Assembly: GCA_016185205.1 (NCBI GenBank)
Contig: JACPOA010000018.1
Location: 59,914 to 123,913 of the forward strand
DNA: 64,000 bases
Direction of reading: 5' to 3'
DNA from: Hyphomicrobiales bacterium
GTDB taxonomy: Bacteria > Pseudomonadota > Alphaproteobacteria > Rhizobiales > Xanthobacteraceae
How positions within the stretch are numbered: the first letter of the stretch is position 1; the number at the start of each line of letters is the position of its first letter. Shown piece by piece: positions 1 through 9,282 of this stretch. The translations under genes and the position numbers were made by a program. A model generated the notes under the pieces. It had not been told where the DNA came from, made no database searches, and worked only from the letters and a program-made list of their open reading frames with translations.

Positions 1-662
1 TCGATAGATTGTCCGGTGACGATGTCCGTGTTTCGGTCTGGGGGGCTATCGATTCGTCGGGCCCGGTGGCTGAGCGTGCGCGGGCGATGCGACACCCGGA
101 GCGCGTCGAGTTTCGTGGCGAGACGGCCGAGCCGGCGGCCGCGCTTTCCGAGGCGGATATTTTTTTCTACCCGCTGCAACCCGATCATTACGGCACGGCC
201 GAGAACGCGCTCATCGAGGCGATGTCGCTCGGGCTGGTTCCAGTCGTCTTGAACAACGCCGCGGAGAGGGCGATCGTTCGTGACGGCAAGACCGGCTTTG
301 TTGCGCATTCCATCGAGGAGTCCGCTTCGCTGTTGCAAATGCTGCTTTCGTCACCGGACATGCGGGAAAGAGTCTCGCGAAATTCCATGGACCAGATCGC
401 GGAAACCCGGACGCCGGACCAATCCATGCGGGACTTCATGATTGTCTGGCTGGGGATACTCAGCAAGTCGCCGAGGCATTGCGATTTCCGCGCTGCGATC
501 GGGGACAGCCCAGCGGATTGGTTTGTCGCGACCCAGTGCCTGCCTGGAGCGAAATGGAAATCTCCAGGCTGGAAAAGCGCGCAACAGCCGTCGAAAGGCA
601 CGCTTGCGCATTTCGAAAGCGTCTTTGCCGGCGACGTGTCTCTCGCCCGGCTGCGGCGTTAG
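1..662 (+). CDS. Glycosyltransferase family 1 (GT-B/GT4 type), C-terminal part; 5' end outside window
   Basis: Frame stays open to base 1. 'YPLQPDHYGTAENALIEAMSLGLVPVV...RDGKTGF' is the E-x7-E nucleotide-sugar motif region of GT4 enzymes. Confidence 0.7.
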   Translation, partial: DRLSGDDVRVSVWGAIDSSGPVAERARAMRHPERVEFRGETAEPAAALSEADIFFYPLQPDHYGTAENALIEAMSLGLVPVVLNNAAERAIVRDGKTGFVAHSIEESASLLQMLLSSPDMRERVSRNSMDQIAETRTPDQSMRDFMIVWLGILSKSPRHCDFRAAIGDSPADWFVATQCLPGAKWKSPGWKSAQQPSKGTLAHFESVFAGDVSLARLRR

Positions 663-677
663 TAGATATCGTTTGGC

Positions 678-1313
678 TCAAGTCTTATCATTTCGCTTCT
701 GCATGATGCGTTGCCGACTTGGCAAAGGACGATCCACCCCCAGCCGTTTCCGGTCAGGATCAAACTTGGTTAGCGGCTCGACCGCCATTAGCGTGGCGAG
801 GCTTCGGCGAGCCAATTCGTGATACAGACGGGTACCCTCGATCTTTTGGGCAACGTCGTCGTCCGTCAATTCACGCAGGATTCGTGCCGGCACACCGGCG
901 GCCAGATGCCTGGGGGGAATATTGGCGCCGGTCTTGACGAAGCTCATCGCTGCGACGATGGCCGACTCGCCAATCGTCGCACAGTCCATGATGACGCTAT
1001 TCATTCCCACCATGGCGTTGGCGCCAATATGAGCGCTATGGAGGATCGCGCCATGCCCGATATGACCGTCACGACCGATAACCAGATCAAACCCCGGCAT
1101 GGTGTGCAGCGTGCAATTGTCCTGGACATTGCAACCATCCCCGAGGATCAGCCGGCTGAAATCGCCGCGCAATGATGCACACGGTCCGACATAGCATCCG
1201 GCGCCGACCACGACGTCGCCGATCAGAACCGCATCGGGATGCACGAAAGCTGTCGGATCTATGACGGGCGCGACGCCGTCTATGGCATAGGTCTTGTATC
1301 GGCGAGAACGCAT
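678..1313 (-). CDS. Hexapeptide-repeat (left-handed beta-helix) protein, gamma-carbonic-anhydrase-like / PaaY / CaiE family
   Basis: Hexapeptide repeats 'VLIGDVVVGAGCYVGPCASLRGD...IGHGAILHSAHIGANAMVGMNSVIMD'. Length about 210 aa. Confidence 0.75.
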   Translation of the reverse strand: MRSRRYKTYAIDGVAPVIDPTAFVHPDAVLIGDVVVGAGCYVGPCASLRGDFSRLILGDGCNVQDNCTLHTMPGFDLVIGRDGHIGHGAILHSAHIGANAMVGMNSVIMDCATIGESAIVAAMSFVKTGANIPPRHLAAGVPARILRELTDDDVAQKIEGTRLYHELARRSLATLMAVEPLTKFDPDRKRLGVDRPLPSRQRIMQKRNDKT

Positions 1314-1523
1314 GGCGACAATCTGACGTTAGGTGAACAGCAACAATGTGGCGGATTTCGCCACAAAAGTTTTGTAGCGGGCGTTTGGCAACGTCTCTTG
1401 ATGTGGATCAAGCGTGGGTTGATCGGATGCGCGCCAGCTTCAATTACGCAATGGCGCGGAGGCGTTTTTTCGCTATGAGCGAACAACGAATGCCGGTATT
1501 CGTACAAACCATAGCCGGCTTTA

Positions 1524-2336
1524 TTGAGGTCTTTGGAAATGCCTAAAGAACGAGAATGCACCTCTGCTCTGCTCAACCAACACGCCATCGTCACCGGTGC
1601 GTCGCTCGGGATCGGAAGAGCAATAGTGCAAGAATTATACAGGCTGGGTGCCAATGTTACACTCATTGCGAGGAGGGAGTCCGCGCTTCAGGAAGCGGCT
1701 AAACTGCTGCCGAAAATGCCGGATAGAGCTTGGTGCATTGCGCCGGCCGACGTCACCGATCCCGCGGCACTGAAGGCGGCGGTCGACGCCGGGCAAAAGA
1801 AATTCGGCCCGGCCACCATCCTGGTCAACAATGCTGGCGCGGGCGAGGGCATCCCGTTTTTGAAGCTCGACATGGCGGCGTGGCAGCGCGCGCTTGATTT
1901 GAATCTGACGTCGGCATTCGTGGCGACGCAGCTCGTGCTTCCGGCGATGCTGAAAGCCGGCGCCGGCCGCATCATCAATTTGGCATCGGTCGCGGGGCTC
2001 AAAGGGATAGCATATGTATCTGCATACACGACCGCCAAACACGGCCTGATCGGATTGACACGCTCACTCGCACTTGAATGTGCGAAGAAAGGCGTGACGG
2101 TCAATGCGGTCTGCCCGGGCTATGTGGATACGCCGATGATTGACAAATCGGTGGAAGAAATCGTCCAGAAAACGTCGCGGCCAGCGGAAGAGATTCGCAA
2201 GACACTCGCGTCCATCAATCCGCAGGGGCGTTTCGTAACGCCGGAGGAAGTCGCCGCCGCTGTTGGCTGGCTCTGCCTTCCGTCCGCAGCCGCGATCAAC
2301 GGTATCGCGCTTCCGATCGCGGGCGGTGAAGTCTAA
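1524..2336 (+). CDS. SDR-family oxidoreductase
   Basis: 'TGASLGIGRAI' (TGxxxGxG), 'NNAG', 'YVSAYTTAKHG' (YxxxK). An alternative ATG at 1539 is possible. Confidence 0.8.
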   Translation: MRSLEMPKERECTSALLNQHAIVTGASLGIGRAIVQELYRLGANVTLIARRESALQEAAKLLPKMPDRAWCIAPADVTDPAALKAAVDAGQKKFGPATILVNNAGAGEGIPFLKLDMAAWQRALDLNLTSAFVATQLVLPAMLKAGAGRIINLASVAGLKGIAYVSAYTTAKHGLIGLTRSLALECAKKGVTVNAVCPGYVDTPMIDKSVEEIVQKTSRPAEEIRKTLASINPQGRFVTPEEVAAAVGWLCLPSAAAINGIALPIAGGEV

Positions 2337-2498
2337 TTGCGGCCGATAAGGAGAACGTATTCCAACCATGGCCGCTTGCTGAGGACTTGTTTTAATTGGG
2401 GTTTCGAGTAAGACGGGCGGCGCGACGGGAATCCTTCCCACGCGCTCATAAACTTGATCGCGCGAACGAGGCAATGTGAAGTGTTACAACGAACGGCC

Positions 2499-3383
2499 AT
2501 GACTCGGCACCTCACGCCCGCCACCGCGACCTTCATCGGCGCCGCCGGCAACAAACTTGTCGCCGACGTGTTCGGTGACAGCGGGTCTCCCGTGCTGTTG
2601 CTGCACGGCGGTGGCCAGACCCGCCACGCCTGGTTCAAAACCGCGGAAGAAATCGCACGCAAAGGCCATACAGCTTATGCACTCGATCAACGCGGCCATG
2701 GCGACTCCGAATGGGTAGCGAACGGCGCCTACGAATTCTCGGATTATGCCGCGGACGCCAAGGTCGTCGCGGTCGAGCTTGCCCGCCGCTCTGGTGTAAG
2801 GCCGATAGTTATTGGCGCTTCGCTCGGCGGCATTGCTGCGCTGCTCGCTGAAGGCCAATCCGAACATGACAAGGGCGCCAATGTTTTCTCCGCGCTGGTG
2901 CTAGTCGACATCACCCCGCGAGTGGACCGAACCGGCGTCGCCAAGGTTCTCGGCTTCATGCGCGCACGTGCCAAGGAAGGTTTCGAGTCGATCGCCGACG
3001 CCGCGCAGGCGGTCGCCGATTATCTCCCGCAGCGGCCGCGGCCGAAGAGCAATGAGGGATTGAAGAAGAATCTTCGCCTATCGCCCGATGGCCGCTGGCG
3101 TTGGCACTGGGATCCGCGCTTTCTCGATGGCCCGCGTGCGGCCGGAGCTAACCGCCGTGTGCTCGAAGTGGCGTTGACCGAGGCCGCGCGCAGAATTGCG
3201 ATCCCGGCCCTGCTTGTACGCGGCGCATCCTCCGAGCTCGTGAAGGAGGCGCATGCCAAAGAATTTCTCGAACTCGTACCGCACGCCGAATACGTCGATG
3301 TCAGCGGTGCGCGACATATGGTGGCGGGCGACCGCAACGATCATTTCTCCTCTGCCGTCCTGTCGTTCATCGAGCGACTGTAG
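2499..3383 (+). CDS. Alpha/beta-fold hydrolase
   Basis: 'LLLHGGGQTRHAW', nucleophile elbow 'GASLGG', C-terminal 'GARHMVAGD'. The ORF opens at 2454; the ATG at 2499 is chosen. Confidence 0.75.
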   Translation: MTRHLTPATATFIGAAGNKLVADVFGDSGSPVLLLHGGGQTRHAWFKTAEEIARKGHTAYALDQRGHGDSEWVANGAYEFSDYAADAKVVAVELARRSGVRPIVIGASLGGIAALLAEGQSEHDKGANVFSALVLVDITPRVDRTGVAKVLGFMRARAKEGFESIADAAQAVADYLPQRPRPKSNEGLKKNLRLSPDGRWRWHWDPRFLDGPRAAGANRRVLEVALTEAARRIAIPALLVRGASSELVKEAHAKEFLELVPHAEYVDVSGARHMVAGDRNDHFSSAVLSFIERL

Positions 3384-3441
3384 CGCAAGCATCGGAGGGT
3401 AGGGCAGGGCTTTCGGGTGGCTACCGAGTAGGCATTGCCGC

Positions 3442-3681
3442 TTAGTGGCTTGAACGGCGAGGGTTAGTCGGGCCGCTGGCTTCGCTCTTCTCGAGCAACA
3501 AACTTCCTAGATTTGCCATAACATCGGCCATCAGCATGGACTGCTCATCCGCAGGAGCCATCAAGATTAAGTCGGCAAGCACTTCGGTTACCTTTGCCGC
3601 GATTTCCGCCAGATTAGCCGATGGGCTTTGTAAGTGACTCTCCAGCATTTCATGGATGTCACAGTGTAGACAGTCAGACAT
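3442..3681 (-). CDS. Hypothetical small acidic protein (79 aa)
   Basis: Clean ORF in an otherwise empty gap, with a helical acidic composition. No family recognised. Confidence 0.35.
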   Translation of the reverse strand: MSDCLHCDIHEMLESHLQSPSANLAEIAAKVTEVLADLILMAPADEQSMLMADVMANLGSLLLEKSEASGPTNPRRSSH

Positions 3682-3880
3682 GTGAACTCCTTTGACCGCA
3701 CCATGTTGCGCTATCTTTCCCGCTGGTCAACTCGATCGCAGTTCAGGTCCGGCTAACAACGCCCGAACGCTTGTCAGCCTCATTCGAATCAGCGGCAAAG
3801 GTTGTTCGCTGATTGACAATCCGATAAAACCAATGCAGGTCGGACGCGTCGGCGAAGCGACAAAAAGGGTGGCGCATAGG

Positions 3881-4297
3881 ATGACAAAGCTCCGAATTAC
3901 GGCCGGGCCATTTACCTTCGACGCGCGTTTTGAAAGCACGGCGGCGCCAAAGACCTGTGATATCTTTCGTCGTTTGTTGCCGTACGAAAACAAAATCATT
4001 CATGTTCGCTGGAGCGGCGAAGCGGTCTGGATTCCGCTTGGGGACCTCGATTTAGGGCTGCCGCTCGAAAACCACACCAGCTATCCCGCGCCTGGGCAAA
4101 TTATCGTATATCCGGGAGGACTGAGCGAGTGTGAAATCCTTTTCGCCTATGGCGCGGTGCATTTTGCCAGCAAGGTGGGTCAGCTCGCAGGCAGTCATTT
4201 CATGACGATAACGTCCAACCTCGACAAGCTACCCGAACTCGGGCGCATAGTCTTATGGCAAGGCGCACAGACGATCCGGATTGATGCTTCTAAATGA
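3881..4297 (+). CDS. DUF3830-family (cyclophilin-like) protein
   Basis: 'MTKLRITAGPFTFDARFESTAAPKTCDIFRRLLPY...HVRWSGEAVWIPLG' resembles DUF3830 proteins. The ATG at 3881 is chosen inside the longer ORF 3692-4297. Confidence 0.6.
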   Translation: MTKLRITAGPFTFDARFESTAAPKTCDIFRRLLPYENKIIHVRWSGEAVWIPLGDLDLGLPLENHTSYPAPGQIIVYPGGLSECEILFAYGAVHFASKVGQLAGSHFMTITSNLDKLPELGRIVLWQGAQTIRIDASK

Positions 4298-4327
4298 GAA
4301 ACTCGCAATCCCGTTTCTTGATCGATG

Positions 4328-5560
4328 TCATATGGGTTTAAAATTGCGCAGGAAATCGAGAAGTATGCGAACGCATATATCCGCATCCTGAAGAGAAATC
4401 GCCTCCTTTGGATTATGGCTGATCCCGCCGGCGCAACGCACGAACAGCATGCCGATGGGACAGAGCTGCGCGATCGCCATTGCGTCGTGGCCGGCTCCTG
4501 ACGGCAGCAGCCGCGTCGCAAATCCCAATTGCTTAATCGCCCGCGAAAGGGCGTCGATCATGACCGGCGAACAGGCGGTCGCCGGCGCCTCGTGTGTGGT
4601 GGAGATCGATAGCTCAACTTGCCGGTCGGCGGCAATCTTGCGGGTGGAGCGCGTGATCTCTTCAGTTGCGGCGTCTCGCTGCGTGTCTTCGGGTGACCTG
4701 ACGTCAATCGTGAACTGAACGCTGCCCGGAATGACGTTCACCGCGCTCGGAAACACCTCCATCCGGCCGACGGTCGCCACTACACCCGGCAACGAATTTG
4801 CGACGCGCTCGACGGCGAGCACCATCTCCGCCGCCGCGGTGAGCGCGTCGCGCCGAAGCCGCATGGGGACGGTGCCCGCGTGTCCTGCTTCCCCAATCAC
4901 GGCCACCGCAAGCCGTCGGATGCCGTTGATGGCTGTCACCACCCCAACCGGCAAGTTGGCGGATTCGAGGACCGGCCCCTGTTCGATATGGACTTCAATG
5001 TATGCGTGAACCTCCTCGCGCGATTTAGCGGCCCTCGCGATCGCGGCGGGATCGCCGCCAAAAGCGATCAGCGCTTTGCGCAGACTGACGCCGTCGGCAT
5101 CACATACGTCGAGGATCGCTGGGTCAAAATAGCCGGCCAAGGCCCGAGACGAAGTGAGCGTCGTCGGAAAGCGTACGCCTTCCTCATCGCCGAAGGCGAC
5201 AACCTCGATGGCGAACGGCAATGTTTCGCGGTGCTTCGACAGTTCCTCGACGGCAACGAGGCCCGCGATGACACCGAGAGCGCCGTCGTAACGGCCGGCG
5301 TCGCGTACAGTATCGATATGTGAACCTAAAAGGAGGGCCGGCGCGCCGGGTATCGCGCTCTCATAACGCCCCACCACCGTTCCAAGCGCATCGATTGAAA
5401 CCGCGAGGCCTGCCTCACGCATCCAGCCAGCGAGTATCTCGGCGGCGGCTTTGTGAGCTGCCGACAAATAGAGCCGCGTCAATTTTCCCGGCTCGTCGGA
5501 ATGACGCGCCAGCGCATCCAGGCGTTCCATAACGCGACATCCCAGATGTTCGTCGCTCAC
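4328..5560 (-). CDS. M20-family Zn amidohydrolase, allantoate amidohydrolase / N-carbamoyl-L-amino-acid hydrolase type
   Basis: AmaB/AllC-like sequence ('LLLGSHIDTVRDAGRYDGALGV', 'FGDEEGVRF', 'GAGHDAM'). Its GTG start overlaps the puuE stop (GTGA). Confidence 0.75.
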   Translation of the reverse strand: MSDEHLGCRVMERLDALARHSDEPGKLTRLYLSAAHKAAAEILAGWMREAGLAVSIDALGTVVGRYESAIPGAPALLLGSHIDTVRDAGRYDGALGVIAGLVAVEELSKHRETLPFAIEVVAFGDEEGVRFPTTLTSSRALAGYFDPAILDVCDADGVSLRKALIAFGGDPAAIARAAKSREEVHAYIEVHIEQGPVLESANLPVGVVTAINGIRRLAVAVIGEAGHAGTVPMRLRRDALTAAAEMVLAVERVANSLPGVVATVGRMEVFPSAVNVIPGSVQFTIDVRSPEDTQRDAATEEITRSTRKIAADRQVELSISTTHEAPATACSPVMIDALSRAIKQLGFATRLLPSGAGHDAMAIAQLCPIGMLFVRCAGGISHNPKEAISLQDADICVRILLDFLRNFKPI

Positions 5561-6486
5561 GCGCCACCCTTCCGGGCTGGATGTTCAGCCTGCCAATGGC
5601 GCGCAATCTCTACGCGGCGCGCAATCCAAACATTCTCGTGGCCGAGCACATAGTCGAGGAAGCGCGCCAGCGCTGCCGCCCGACCGGGGCGGCCGACGAG
5701 CCGGCAATGCATGCCGACAGACATCATGCGCGGGCGTTCGGCACCTTCCGCATAGAGGACGTCGAAGGAATCTTTCAGATAGTTGAAGAATTGATCGCCG
5801 CAATTGAAGCCCTGTGCGCTGGCGAAGCGCATGTCGTTGGCATCGAGAGAGTACGGAATAATGAGATGGAATCCGCATGGGCCTTCCACCCAATAAGGCA
5901 AATCGTCGGCATAGCTGTCGGAGGAGTAGAGGAATTCGCCGTGTTCCATGACGAGATCGAGCGTGTGCTCCGACGACCGCCCGGTGTACCAGCCATGCGG
6001 GTGTTCGCCGGTCACTTCGGTATGAATGCGGATCGCCTCCAGCATGTGATGGCGTTCCGCATCGCGAGAAAAATCCTTATAATCGATCCATTTCAGTCCA
6101 TGGCTGGCAATTTCCCAGCCAGCCTCCTTCATGGCGGCAACTTGTTCGGGGCCGCGCATGAGCGCCGTTGCGACGCCATAAACGGTGAGCGGGCAATGGC
6201 GCTCGGTAAACATTCTCCAAATCCGCCAAAACCCTGCTCGCGCACCATATTCGTAGATCGATTCCATGCTCATATGACGCTGCCCCAACCATGGCTGCGC
6301 GCTGATGATCTCGGACAGAAATGCCTCTGACGCAGGATCGCCATGGAGAATGCAATTCTCTCCGCCCTCTTCGTAATTGAGCACGAATTGGACCGCGATC
6401 CGCGCCTCGCCCGGCCAGCGCGCGTGCGGCGGTGTTCGTCCATAGCCTTTCATGTCGCGGGGATAGGAGATCGTGGGGGGCATCAA
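5557..6486 (-). CDS. puuE: Allantoinase PuuE (polysaccharide-deacetylase family)
   Basis: 'YPRDMKGYGRTPPHARWPGEARIAVQFVLNYEEGGE' is the typical PuuE N-terminus. About 309 aa. Confidence 0.85.
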   Translation of the reverse strand: MMPPTISYPRDMKGYGRTPPHARWPGEARIAVQFVLNYEEGGENCILHGDPASEAFLSEIISAQPWLGQRHMSMESIYEYGARAGFWRIWRMFTERHCPLTVYGVATALMRGPEQVAAMKEAGWEIASHGLKWIDYKDFSRDAERHHMLEAIRIHTEVTGEHPHGWYTGRSSEHTLDLVMEHGEFLYSSDSYADDLPYWVEGPCGFHLIIPYSLDANDMRFASAQGFNCGDQFFNYLKDSFDVLYAEGAERPRMMSVGMHCRLVGRPGRAAALARFLDYVLGHENVWIARRVEIARHWQAEHPARKGGA

Positions 6487-6734
6487 TCGACTCCATTCAG
6501 GACGTCAGCAGATCACACCATCAGAAGCGCCACATAATTCAAAATTGAATCCTCTCCCCAACTCATGCAGTAACTAATCGTTCTGCGCCGCCGCATCGTG
6601 CCTTCGTCGGCAAGATGTATACAAGATTTCCAGGAAACCGGAAGCAATGCGTCGAGAAGCGCGACTGACACCTTAAATTTGAGCTACCGGGAGGCGCGAT
6701 TCTCGTCTACAAACGGTGCAGGCATGGAGGCCGT

Positions 6735-7265
6735 ATGAGGCCCGCCCGGAGACCCGGTCTGGAACTGGTCAATTCGGCAGACAGGAGTGAGTTCATCGCA
6801 CTGTTGGGCGGTGTCTTCGAGAATACTCCCTGGATTGCCGAAGCTGTCCTTGCGTGCCGGCCATTTCGAAGCATCGAAGAGTTGCATCGTGCGATGATGC
6901 AGTGCGTGCACGATGCACCGCCTTCTAGGCAACTCGCGCTGATCCGTACCCATCCTGAGCTTGCGGGCCGGGAGGCGGCCGCGGGTGTCTTGACATCGGA
7001 CTCAACGAGCGAACAAGATCGGCTCGGCTTTTTGGCATTGACCCGCAGCGAACTCGAAGAGATCTCCGAACTTAATCGCCGCTACCGCGATAAATTCGGT
7101 TTCCCCTGCATTGTCGCGCTGCGCCAGCATGAAACGCGAGAAAGCGTCATAGCAGAGATGACACGACGTATCGGCAATGGTGCCGGGACTGAAATCGCGA
7201 ATGCATTACAGCAGATTGGCCATATCACGCGCGGTCGGCTTGCTAAAATCATGGGCGGGACTTGA
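6735..7265 (+). CDS. uraD: 2-oxo-4-hydroxy-4-carboxy-5-ureidoimidazoline (OHCU) decarboxylase
   Basis: 'FIALLGGVFENTPWIAE...ALIRTHPELAG...LNRRYRDKFGFPCIVALR' are OHCU decarboxylase hallmarks. Confidence 0.85.
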   Translation: MRPARRPGLELVNSADRSEFIALLGGVFENTPWIAEAVLACRPFRSIEELHRAMMQCVHDAPPSRQLALIRTHPELAGREAAAGVLTSDSTSEQDRLGFLALTRSELEEISELNRRYRDKFGFPCIVALRQHETRESVIAEMTRRIGNGAGTEIANALQQIGHITRGRLAKIMGGT

Positions 7266-7266
7266 G

Positions 7267-7620
7267 ATGGGCAGGCTTTCGACCCACGTTCTCGACACGT
7301 CATGCGGACAGCCCGCCGTCGGAATGAAGATCGATCTATTTCGAATGGAAAACACGGGTTGGCAACGCCTCAAAACCGTTCTGACCGATACTGACGGGCG
7401 GGTGAGCGAACCGCTGCTGGCCGATGCCGATCTCGTCGCGGGCCGCTACCGGCTCGATTTCCACGTCGGCGCTTATTTCCGCGCGATGGGGGTCACTTTG
7501 CCCAATCCGTCATTCCTGGAAGAAGTGCCGATCCAGATCGGCATCGCCGATCCAAGCTTGCATTACCACGTGCCGTTACTTTGCTCGCCATGGAGCTATG
7601 CGACGTATCGGGGAAGTTGA
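7267..7620 (+). CDS. uraH: 5-hydroxyisourate hydrolase (transthyretin-like)
   Basis: 'MGRLSTHVLDT..G.PA.GM...' and the C-terminal 'YHVPLLCSPWSYATYRGS' signature. The start lies 1 nt after the uraD stop. Confidence 0.9.
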   Translation: MGRLSTHVLDTSCGQPAVGMKIDLFRMENTGWQRLKTVLTDTDGRVSEPLLADADLVAGRYRLDFHVGAYFRAMGVTLPNPSFLEEVPIQIGIADPSLHYHVPLLCSPWSYATYRGS

Positions 7621-7798
7621 AACGTGACCGTACACCCTACGGACCTGTTTTCGAGGCGGCACCTGATACCGACCTGACACTGTTGCTTGTGTTCTGTTGT
7701 GTCTTGCTTGCGGGCCATGACACGCTTAGCAATGAGGCAGCTGGGGACCTATTCCTCAAAGTAAATGCTAATCGCTATCAACAAGCCGGGGGGCTTCT

Positions 7799-9160
7799 AT
7801 GGCTAATCCTATTCATCCTGTCGACGAGCGCTTGCCGCTCACCCAACTTCTTCCACTCGGACTGCAGCATGTGCTCGTCATGTACGCGGGCGCCGTTGCG
7901 GTACCACTCATCATCGGACGTGCTCTAAAGCTGCCGCCGGAACAGATCGCAATTCTCGTCAATGCCGATCTGTTCGCCTGCGGCATCGTCACGCTCATAC
8001 AGTCGATCGGCATCGGGCCATTCGGAATTCGTCTGCCGATCATGATGGGCGTGACCTTTGCCTCCGTGGCGCCGATGCTGGCCATGGCCGGCAACCCCGC
8101 GCTCGGACTTGGCGGCATCTTTGGCTCGGTGATCGCCGCTGGTATTTTCGGCCTCATCGTTGCGCCATTCATGAGCGCAATGCTGCGCTTTTTCCCGCCG
8201 GTCGTCACCGGAACGATCATTGCCGTGATTGGAATTTCGTTGATGCGCATTGGCATCAACTGGGCGGCGGGGGCGGCGGCACCAAATCTTCCCGGCTATG
8301 GCGATCCGATCAACCTGCTCATCGCCGGCTTTGTGCTGATCGTCATTCTGCTCATCACGAAATTTGCCAAAGGCTTTGTCTCTAATATCGCGGTGCTGCT
8401 GGGCATCATCATCGGTTTCATCGTGGCGTGGCTGATCGGCAAAGTCAGTTTCACAGCGTTCAACAACGCCCCCTGGCTGGACATCATATATCCCTTCCAG
8501 CTCGCCAAACCGACGTTCGAGGTCTTTTCGATAATCACGATGTGTCTGGTCATGCTCGTGGTCATGGTCGAATCGACGGGTATGTTCATTGCGGTCGGCG
8601 AAATGACGGACCGGAAGGTAGAACAGCGCGATCTGACCCGCGGTCTATTGACCGACGGTTTGGGCACGCTCATCGGCGGCATCTTCAATACCTTCCCCTA
8701 TACCTCGTTCTCGCAGAATGTCGGACTGGTCGGCGTCACCGGCGTGAGGAGCCGCTGGGTTACCGCGGTGGGCGGGATCATCCTGTTGATTCTCGGCTTG
8801 ATTCCGAAGCTCGGCGCACTGGTCACCGCGGTTCCGCTGTTCGTTCTTGGCGGAGCGGGCATCGTCATGTTCGGGATGGTTATTGCGACCGGAATTCGTA
8901 TTCTGGCATCCGTCGATTACAAGACGAACCGCAACAACCTGTTCATCGTCGCAATCTCGATCGGATTCGGCATGATCCCTCTGGTGGCGCCAGCTTTCTT
9001 CTCGAAGCTGCCAAAGGAACTCGAGCCGCTGTTGAATTCCGGCATCGTGCTCGCCGCTGTCGCCGCCGTCTTGCTGAACGCCTATTACAACGGGGCCGGC
9101 TCAAAGAGTACGGGCAGCGCTGGAGCGGCCAGCGCGGCGAAGGCATCCGGGCACATCTGA
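7799..9160 (+). CDS. NCS2/NAT-family nucleobase:cation symporter (xanthine/urate permease type)
   Basis: About 13 TM segments. Contains the NAT signature 'SQNVGLVGVTGVRSR' (QNxGxxxxTG). Confidence 0.85.
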   Translation: MANPIHPVDERLPLTQLLPLGLQHVLVMYAGAVAVPLIIGRALKLPPEQIAILVNADLFACGIVTLIQSIGIGPFGIRLPIMMGVTFASVAPMLAMAGNPALGLGGIFGSVIAAGIFGLIVAPFMSAMLRFFPPVVTGTIIAVIGISLMRIGINWAAGAAAPNLPGYGDPINLLIAGFVLIVILLITKFAKGFVSNIAVLLGIIIGFIVAWLIGKVSFTAFNNAPWLDIIYPFQLAKPTFEVFSIITMCLVMLVVMVESTGMFIAVGEMTDRKVEQRDLTRGLLTDGLGTLIGGIFNTFPYTSFSQNVGLVGVTGVRSRWVTAVGGIILLILGLIPKLGALVTAVPLFVLGGAGIVMFGMVIATGIRILASVDYKTNRNNLFIVAISIGFGMIPLVAPAFFSKLPKELEPLLNSGIVLAAVAAVLLNAYYNGAGSKSTGSAGAASAAKASGHI

Positions 9161-9183
9161 GTACGCGCCGTTCCGAACTGCAG

Positions 9184-9221
9184 CCCGTCATGTCTTGCGT
9201 AAGCAAGGCATGACGGGTTTT
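9184..9221 (+). terminator. Rho-independent terminator after the permease
   Basis: 9-bp stem cccgtcatg (9184-9192) / catgacggg (9209-9217), followed by TTTT. Confidence 0.6.
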
Positions 9222-9282
9222 GTCAATTCGAAATTCGGAATCAAAACTGAGATTCTAACTTGGCAAGCTGCCAAGCTAAATT

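Noticed and set aside
3692-3880. The 5' extension of the DUF3830 ORF, and similar upstream extensions of ORFs at 12856-14556, 20343-22010, 40003-40707, 43178-44107, 44086-45384 and 47856-49283.
   Set aside because: The extensions are Arg/Pro-rich or cross neighbouring genes and intergenic repeats. Internal starts with Shine-Dalgarno sequences give proteins that begin where family similarity begins.
6616-6623. TGTATACA palindrome (GntR/HutC-like core) and ATTCAAAATTGAAT (6537-6550) in the puuE/uraD divergent gap as operators.
   Set aside because: Both are short, or imperfect, motifs in an AT-richer gap. No GntR-type regulator is encoded nearby. The support is insufficient without comparative data.
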